Assembly (NCBI GenBank): GCA_965207735.1
Contig: OZ242296.1
Coordinates: 4,224,001 to 4,288,000, forward strand
Direction: 5' to 3'
Length of the DNA stretch: 64,000 nucleotides
From: Candidatus Versatilivorator sp.
GTDB lineage: Bacteria; Acidobacteriota; Terriglobia; Versatilivoradales; Versatilivoraceae
Below, in pieces: positions 58,296 to 64,000 of the stretch (position 1 is the first letter of the stretch; each line of letters opens with the position of its first letter). The notes beneath the pieces are model-generated. The model was not told where the DNA came from, did not search any database, and worked only from the letters and a program-made list of their open reading frames with translations. A program made the translations under genes and the position numbers.

Positions 58296-60806
58296 ATGCA
58301 AGCCCGGCACGGCAGCCACATGCGCGTACCGGTCCTTGTCCTGGCAATGGGGATTAGGATAAAATTACGCTTTCTGTTTTGCCCTGCTTCCGTGATTGGC
58401 TCGAACCCGCGTGGACCCCAAAAAGTGACCGTGTCGGCAAGCATTCCTACCCGAAAATCTCTGGGCCTGGCCTTCCTGCTGCTGGGGGGACTCCTCTCGA
58501 CAGCCTCATGGTCTCCGGCCTCCGATGCCGACGTCCTGATACCCCAGGTCCTCAAGCCGGCAGAGGTCGAATTCTTCGAATCCAAGATCCGCCCGCTACT
58601 GGTTGAACGCTGCTACGCCTGCCATTCGGCCGAACCCGCTCCCATGGGGGGATTGCGCCTGGATACCCGGGAGGGATGGGTAACCGGGGGAAGCCGCGGC
58701 CCCGCCATTGTTCCCGGCAACCCTGCCGGAAGTCTGTTGATTCAGGCCGTCAACTACAAGGATCCCGATCTGTCCATGCCGCCCGAGGGGACCCTGCCAC
58801 CGGAGGAAGTCGAGCTGCTGGAGCAGTGGGTGGGGGTCGGCGCTCCCGACCCCAGAACCGACGCTTCCCAAGCCGCGCCGGTGCAGGACGCCATCGACCT
58901 GGAGGAGGGGCGCAAGTTCTGGTCTTTTCAACCCCTGGCTCAACCGGCGCTTCCCGCCGTGCGGGACGGTGGCTGGGCCCGTTCCTCCCTCGACCGCTTC
59001 GTGCTGGCCCGCCTGGAAGAGAAAGGACTGAAAACGGTGGGACCGGCCGACCGGCGCACCTGGCTTCGCCGGGTCACCCTGGATCTGATCGGTCTGCCGC
59101 CCTCCCCGGAAGAGGTCGAGGTTTTCCTGGGGGATACCTCACCCCAGACCTATGAAACCGTGGTCGACCGCCTGCTGGCCTCTCCCCACTACGGCGAGCG
59201 CTGGGCCCGCTACTGGCTGGACCTGGCCCGCTACGCGGAAGAACAGCGCGCCAACAACCATAGTCGAAAGCACCTGCGTTACGCCTACAAGTATCGGGAT
59301 TGGGTAGTGGAGGCCTTCAATCGGGACCTGGGCTATGACCAGTTCATCATGCAGCAGATCGCCGGGGACCTGATGCGCGGTGTGGGTATGGAAGGGTGGA
59401 GCGCACTGGGTTTTCTTTCCCTGGGCCCCATCTACGAGTCCGATGGCGGTGGAAAGGAAAGCAAGCTGCGCCACCGCTACGACACCATGGATGACAAGAT
59501 CGACACCATGTCCCGAGCCGTTCTGGGCCTGACGGTCTCCTGCGCCCGTTGCCACGACCACAAGTTCGATCCCATCCCCACCGAGGACTACTACTCCCTG
59601 GCGGGCGTTTTCTTCAACACCGAGTATGTGTCCCGCAAGTGGACGGTGCCGTCCAAGGTGTCCGATCGCTACGAGTTCCTGGAAGCCGTGCTCAAGGACA
59701 AGAAGAAGTGCGTCGAAGTGGCCAAGACCAAGAAGATCTTCTTCCAGGACGACGAGGTCGACGCCATGAAGGAGCAGCAAAAGGCCGTCGACGCTCTGAC
59801 GGCCAAGCTGGAAGCCTTCAAGAAGACGCTGCCCCCAGAGCCGACTCACCTCCACAGCGTCGCAGAGGGAGGCTCGAAGGACATCCCGGTGGCCATCAGA
59901 GGAGATCCGGTGCATCCGGGCAAGATGGTGCCCCGCCGATTCCTGCGCGTCATTGCCGGGGACCGGCCGGCGCCCTTCACCCAAGGCAGCGGCCGGCTGG
60001 AGCTGGCCCGAACCATCGTCAGCGAAAACAATCCGCTGACGGCCCGGGTCATGGTCAACCGCATCTGGCAGCACCACTTCGGTCAGGGCCTGGTTCGCAC
60101 GCCCAGCAACTTCGGATTCATGGGGGAGCCTCCCACCCACCCGCTGCTGCTGGACTGGCTGGCCCGTCGCTTTATCGACTCAGGCTGGTCCATGAAACGC
60201 ATGCACCGGGAAATCGTGCTGTCCGCCACCTACCGCCAGAGCAGCGCTTTCGACCGCGGCAATTTCGAGGTGGATGGGGAAAACCGCTGGCACTGGCGGA
60301 TGAACCCCAGGCGGCTGGACGTGGAGGCTTGGCGGGACGGACTGCTGGCCGCCGCCGGCGAGCAGGATCTGCAGATCGGAGGGCCTTCGGTCGAGGACAT
60401 TCTCGGCAGCCGCCGGCGAACTCTCTACGCCTCTGTCCACCGGGACATGCGCTCGGCCTCCGACCAGTTCCTGCGCCTGTTCGACTTTCCCAGCGCTTGG
60501 CTCTCCCGTAGCCAGAGAACCGTCTCCACCGTGCCTCAGCAGCAGCTCTTTCTGATGAACAGCCCCTTCATAGTGGCTCGAGCCCAAGCCCTTGCCCAAC
60601 GCCTCTCGGTGGTGGAGGAAAACGGCAAGCGCGTCGATGAGGCCTTCCGCCTGGTGTTCTCGCGTCCCCCATCGGAAACGGAACGGAGATTGGCGCTGGA
60701 ATTCCTTGAGGAAGACCCGGGAGGTATCCAGCCTGCGCGGCTGACCCGCTGGGAACAGTACGCCCAGGTGCTGCTGAGCTCGAACGAGTTGATGCACGTG
60801 CGCTGA
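58296..60806 (+). CDS. Planctomycete cytochrome c + DUF1549 + DUF1553 protein (true start probably ~58430)
   Basis: FFESKIRPLLVERCYACH, SPHYGERWARYWLD, CARCHDHKFDP, SGRLELA, NPLTARVMVNRIW. Confidence 0.92.
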   Translation: MQARHGSHMRVPVLVLAMGIRIKLRFLFCPASVIGSNPRGPQKVTVSASIPTRKSLGLAFLLLGGLLSTASWSPASDADVLIPQVLKPAEVEFFESKIRPLLVERCYACHSAEPAPMGGLRLDTREGWVTGGSRGPAIVPGNPAGSLLIQAVNYKDPDLSMPPEGTLPPEEVELLEQWVGVGAPDPRTDASQAAPVQDAIDLEEGRKFWSFQPLAQPALPAVRDGGWARSSLDRFVLARLEEKGLKTVGPADRRTWLRRVTLDLIGLPPSPEEVEVFLGDTSPQTYETVVDRLLASPHYGERWARYWLDLARYAEEQRANNHSRKHLRYAYKYRDWVVEAFNRDLGYDQFIMQQIAGDLMRGVGMEGWSALGFLSLGPIYESDGGGKESKLRHRYDTMDDKIDTMSRAVLGLTVSCARCHDHKFDPIPTEDYYSLAGVFFNTEYVSRKWTVPSKVSDRYEFLEAVLKDKKKCVEVAKTKKIFFQDDEVDAMKEQQKAVDALTAKLEAFKKTLPPEPTHLHSVAEGGSKDIPVAIRGDPVHPGKMVPRRFLRVIAGDRPAPFTQGSGRLELARTIVSENNPLTARVMVNRIWQHHFGQGLVRTPSNFGFMGEPPTHPLLLDWLARRFIDSGWSMKRMHREIVLSATYRQSSAFDRGNFEVDGENRWHWRMNPRRLDVEAWRDGLLAAAGEQDLQIGGPSVEDILGSRRRTLYASVHRDMRSASDQFLRLFDFPSAWLSRSQRTVSTVPQQQLFLMNSPFIVARAQALAQRLSVVEENGKRVDEAFRLVFSRPPSETERRLALEFLEEDPGGIQPARLTRWEQYAQVLLSSNELMHVR

Positions 60807-60891
60807 AAGGACCGACGAGTCCGGACTCACAATCATGACGCACGCTCTTCTTCAAACACCTTCGGAAGAAACGGTATAGGGCACTCCGCGG

Positions 60892-62133
60892 ATGGGTTCT
60901 TCCACAGCCCCTCAGGCGCCGAATTCGGCACCAGGCTTGATACGATCTCAATTGGATGCGATAGACAAATTCAAGAACGGTGAGGGGTTGGAGCAAACTG
61001 GCGGGGACATCGGCGAAAGAATCACCACCGGGGCGCGGCTGGAGGAAGTCGTCGAGTCGGCGCTAAGTCAGCCGCGAGTTGCGGTGGATCTGGAGTCCGA
61101 CAACTTCTACCGCTACCCCGATCGGGTGTGCCTGGTACAACTTGCAACCTCCGACGGCGTATACATCGTCGATCCGCTTGCAATCAAGGACATTACACCT
61201 CTCGGGAAGCTCCTGGCCGACGACGCCGTGGAAAAGGCGTTCCACTCTGCCAACTCCGACCTGCGTCTCCTGGATCGTGATTGGAAGTTTCCCGTGCGGG
61301 GCCTGTTCGACACCAGCATAGCCGCCGCGTTCCTGGGATCCGAGAAGCTCGGCCTGGCAGCGATCCTGAAGGAACATCTGGGCATCGAGATAACCAAAAA
61401 CAAGAAGCTGCAGCGTGCCGACTGGTCCCGCCGACCGCTTACGGGCGCCCTGCTGCGGTACGCGGCCCTGGATGTGCTTTACCTCGACCGCCTTACGACA
61501 TTCCTGTATGAAGGGCTGGACAAGCTTGGCAGAACGGAGTGGGTGAAGGAGGAATGCCAACGGCTCGAGGGCATTCGCTATGTGGCGCCGGACGCCGAGT
61601 GGAGATTCCTCTCGGTCAAGGGCAGTCGAGACCTCGACGGACAGGGATTGGCGATCCTCCGATCGCTCTACGCCTTCCGCGAGAAAGAAGCGGTGCGGTG
61701 CGATCGGCCACCGTTCAGGATCTTCTCCGACGCGGCGATGATGGCGCTGGCGGCCAGCCCATACTCCGATATTTCCCGCTTCAAGGGCCTTGGAAGATAC
61801 GGCGACGGCCGGTTCTCCTTGGGTGTGCGCCATGCCATCGATGAGGGTTTCAGGACAGGCCCCGTCCAGCGTCCGCGGAAACGCACGGCGGACCGGAGGG
61901 AGAATCGAAGCAGCTTGCGTCTCCTGAAAGATTGGCGAGCCAACGAAGCGAATCGCCTCGAGCTTTCTCCGTTTCTGCTCTGGCCAACCACCAGCCTGGC
62001 GCGTCTCTCCACGACGTGGACGGACGGGTTCGACGACGAGATGGAAAGCGAGGATGTTCGACGATGGCAGCGTCAGGAGCTTGGAGAAGCACTATGGATG
62101 TTCATGAACCGTTGTCGCGCCGGGAACTACTGA
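60892..62133 (+). CDS. rnd: Ribonuclease D (DEDDy exonuclease + HRDC)
   Basis: AVDLES, LVQL, FHSANSD, LFDT, QRADWSRRPL, YAALDV; REKEA..DRPPFRI HRDC. Confidence 0.85.
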   Translation: MGSSTAPQAPNSAPGLIRSQLDAIDKFKNGEGLEQTGGDIGERITTGARLEEVVESALSQPRVAVDLESDNFYRYPDRVCLVQLATSDGVYIVDPLAIKDITPLGKLLADDAVEKAFHSANSDLRLLDRDWKFPVRGLFDTSIAAAFLGSEKLGLAAILKEHLGIEITKNKKLQRADWSRRPLTGALLRYAALDVLYLDRLTTFLYEGLDKLGRTEWVKEECQRLEGIRYVAPDAEWRFLSVKGSRDLDGQGLAILRSLYAFREKEAVRCDRPPFRIFSDAAMMALAASPYSDISRFKGLGRYGDGRFSLGVRHAIDEGFRTGPVQRPRKRTADRRENRSSLRLLKDWRANEANRLELSPFLLWPTTSLARLSTTWTDGFDDEMESEDVRRWQRQELGEALWMFMNRCRAGNY

Positions 62134-63560
62134 GCCGGGTCGGCACGGGAATCGGTTCCCTGGGACTGGCAGCCGTGATGGACCAGGCCGGCTGGCTGGA
62201 CTCCGGCCCGCTTCACGCCTCGGAAGCGCGGCTCGGCAACTCCCTGACCCCCAAGGCGCCGCACTTTGCCCCCCGGGCCAAGCGGGTGATTCACCTGCTG
62301 ATGAACGGCGGCGTCTCCCACGTGGACACCTTCGACCACAAGCCTCTGCTGGAGAAATACCACGGCCAGCGCCCGGCGGCGGTGGACATCAAGACCCTGC
62401 GCAAGACCGAGGGCCTGATGAAGTCGCCCTTCCAGTTCCAGCGCCATGGCGGGTCCGGCCGCTGGGTCAGCGAGCTCTTTCCCCACCTGGCCCAATGCAT
62501 CGACGACCTCTGCATCATCCACTCCATGCATACCGACCTTCCCGAGCACGTGGCCGGGCTGTTGATGATGAACACGGGGGCGATTCAACCCAACCGGCCC
62601 AGCCTGGGCGCCTGGCTGGGATACGGCCTGGGCACGGAAAATCAGAACCTGCCCTCCTTCATTTCCATGTGTCACAAGGGCCGCCACCGTCCCGGTGAGC
62701 CCGGCTGGAACAGCAGCTTTCTGCCGGGCATCTACTCGGGCACCTTCGTCGACACCGGGAACCTGGACCCCAGGAAGGTCGTCCCCGACCTGCGCAACCC
62801 CTACCTGTCCCGCGCCGAGCAGCAGCGGCAGGTCGACCTGTTGGCCCGCATGAACCGATTGAACCTGGAGCGGGTGGAGCGGGACCAGGCCCTGGAGGCC
62901 AGGATTCAGTCTTTCGAGCTGGCCTATCGAATGCAGACGACCGCCCCCGAGGCTTTCGACCTCAGCCGGGAGACTCAAGCCACCCGCGATCTCTACGGGA
63001 TCACCGATGAGCCCACCTACAGCACCATCGGCGGGCGCCCCTTCGGAGGCTTCGCCGAGGGGTGCCTGCTGGCCCGCCGGCTCTCGGAACGGGGGGTCCG
63101 GGTGGTGCAGTTGGCCTTTGCGCCCGACATCGCCTGGGACGACCACGGCGATATCCTGTGGCACCGGCCCAAGGCCAAGGACTGCGACCAGGCCATTGCG
63201 GCTCTGCTCAAGGACCTGAAAGCCCGGGGACTATTGGAGGAGACCCTGGTGCTTTGGGCCGGGGAGTTCGGCCGGACGCCCACCGCCGATCCCAGCACCA
63301 AGAGACCGGGACGGGACCACAACCACTACGGCTTCACCGTTTGGATGGCCGGAGGCGGGGTCAAGGCGGGCATGACCTATGGCGCCACCGACGATTTCGG
63401 CATGCGCGCCGTCCACGACCGGGTGCACGTCCACGACCTGCACGCCACCATCCTGCACCTGATGGGCCTGGACCACGAACGGCTCACCTACCGCTACTCC
63501 GGCCGCGACTTCCGCCTCACCGACGTCCACGGACGGGTCATCCACGAGATCCTCGCCTAG
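62094..63560 (+). CDS. DUF1501 family protein with Tat-like RR leader
   Basis: SRRELL, AKRVIHLLMNGGVSHVDTFD, GEFGRTP, GRDHN, DFRLTDVHG. Confidence 0.93.
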   Translation: MDVHEPLSRRELLSRVGTGIGSLGLAAVMDQAGWLDSGPLHASEARLGNSLTPKAPHFAPRAKRVIHLLMNGGVSHVDTFDHKPLLEKYHGQRPAAVDIKTLRKTEGLMKSPFQFQRHGGSGRWVSELFPHLAQCIDDLCIIHSMHTDLPEHVAGLLMMNTGAIQPNRPSLGAWLGYGLGTENQNLPSFISMCHKGRHRPGEPGWNSSFLPGIYSGTFVDTGNLDPRKVVPDLRNPYLSRAEQQRQVDLLARMNRLNLERVERDQALEARIQSFELAYRMQTTAPEAFDLSRETQATRDLYGITDEPTYSTIGGRPFGGFAEGCLLARRLSERGVRVVQLAFAPDIAWDDHGDILWHRPKAKDCDQAIAALLKDLKARGLLEETLVLWAGEFGRTPTADPSTKRPGRDHNHYGFTVWMAGGGVKAGMTYGATDDFGMRAVHDRVHVHDLHATILHLMGLDHERLTYRYSGRDFRLTDVHGRVIHEILA

Positions 63561-63591
63561 CCAGGGAGCAACCTCCACGGAATTCTCGGCT

Positions 63592-63838
63592 AGCCCGCAT
63601 TTCTCACCAGGGGGCATGATCATGGCGCAGGATTTTTCCCTTCGGCGCGTGCTCGCGACCGAAGAGCGTAGCGGTCACTACGCGCGAGGGAGCATGTGCG
63701 CGCTGAAGGGAAAAAGACAAGCCAGGGCATGCCCAGCGCCGTCTGTTGCCCGCAAGCCCTTACCAGAGAGCCAATCAAAGTACTGAAGATAAACTACTTT
63801 TCGTCATGGCACCAGCGACCTGGTGAGAAATGCGGGCT
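63592..63838. mobile_element. 247-bp MITE
   Basis: Perfect 20-bp terminal IR AGCCCGCATTTCTCACCAGG (63592-63611/63819-63838); internal palindrome; no transposase. Confidence 0.7.
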
Positions 63839-63887
63839 CGCCGTTGGTGAGGTCGCTCGGCGCTGATGTCCGAGTTGGGAGACGCGG

Positions 63888-64000
63888 ATGTGCGGAATCG
63901 CCGGTGAGTTCGCGTTCCAGAGGGAACAGGTCACGGCAGCCGCCGGCGGGATGATCTCCGCCCTGCGCCACCGCGGACCGGACAGCAACGGACACTACCT
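63888..64000 (+). CDS. asnB: Asparagine synthase (glutamine-hydrolysing), N-terminus only
   Basis: MCGIAG...M...LRHRGPD Ntn-amidotransferase start; GGGAG RBS. Confidence 0.85.
   Translation, partial: MCGIAGEFAFQREQVTAAAGGMISALRHRGPDSNGHY

Overview
GC-rich bacterial chromosome segment; the gene content (TonB receptor, PSCyt1/DUF1549/DUF1553 + DUF1501, GH32, BKACE) suggests an Acidobacteria/Planctomycetes-like host, which is inference. Housekeeping flanks (1-8.1 kb, 53.6-64 kb) surround a ~44.4 kb mosaic defence island (~8556-52970). The island splits a multi-copy REP/MITE-like repeat at a GCCGCC core; an intact inverted copy of the repeat lies at ~57281-57640. It carries two intact P4-type integrases, several integrase remnants (one cut by an IS1634 with a 6-bp target duplication) and four copies of a ~400-bp hairpin-rich element with compensatory base changes. 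Defence cargo includes a 1486-aa RT-nitrilase fusion, a nuclease-helicase-MTase single-chain RM enzyme and an EVE/PUA-like + PD-(D/E)xK nuclease. The best candidate for an undescribed system is an inverted-repeat-bracketed four-gene operon: PLD-SNF2 helicase, Hsp70-TPR, UvrD-like helicase, N6-MTase-TRD. All family calls come from motifs read by eye; no database searches were run.
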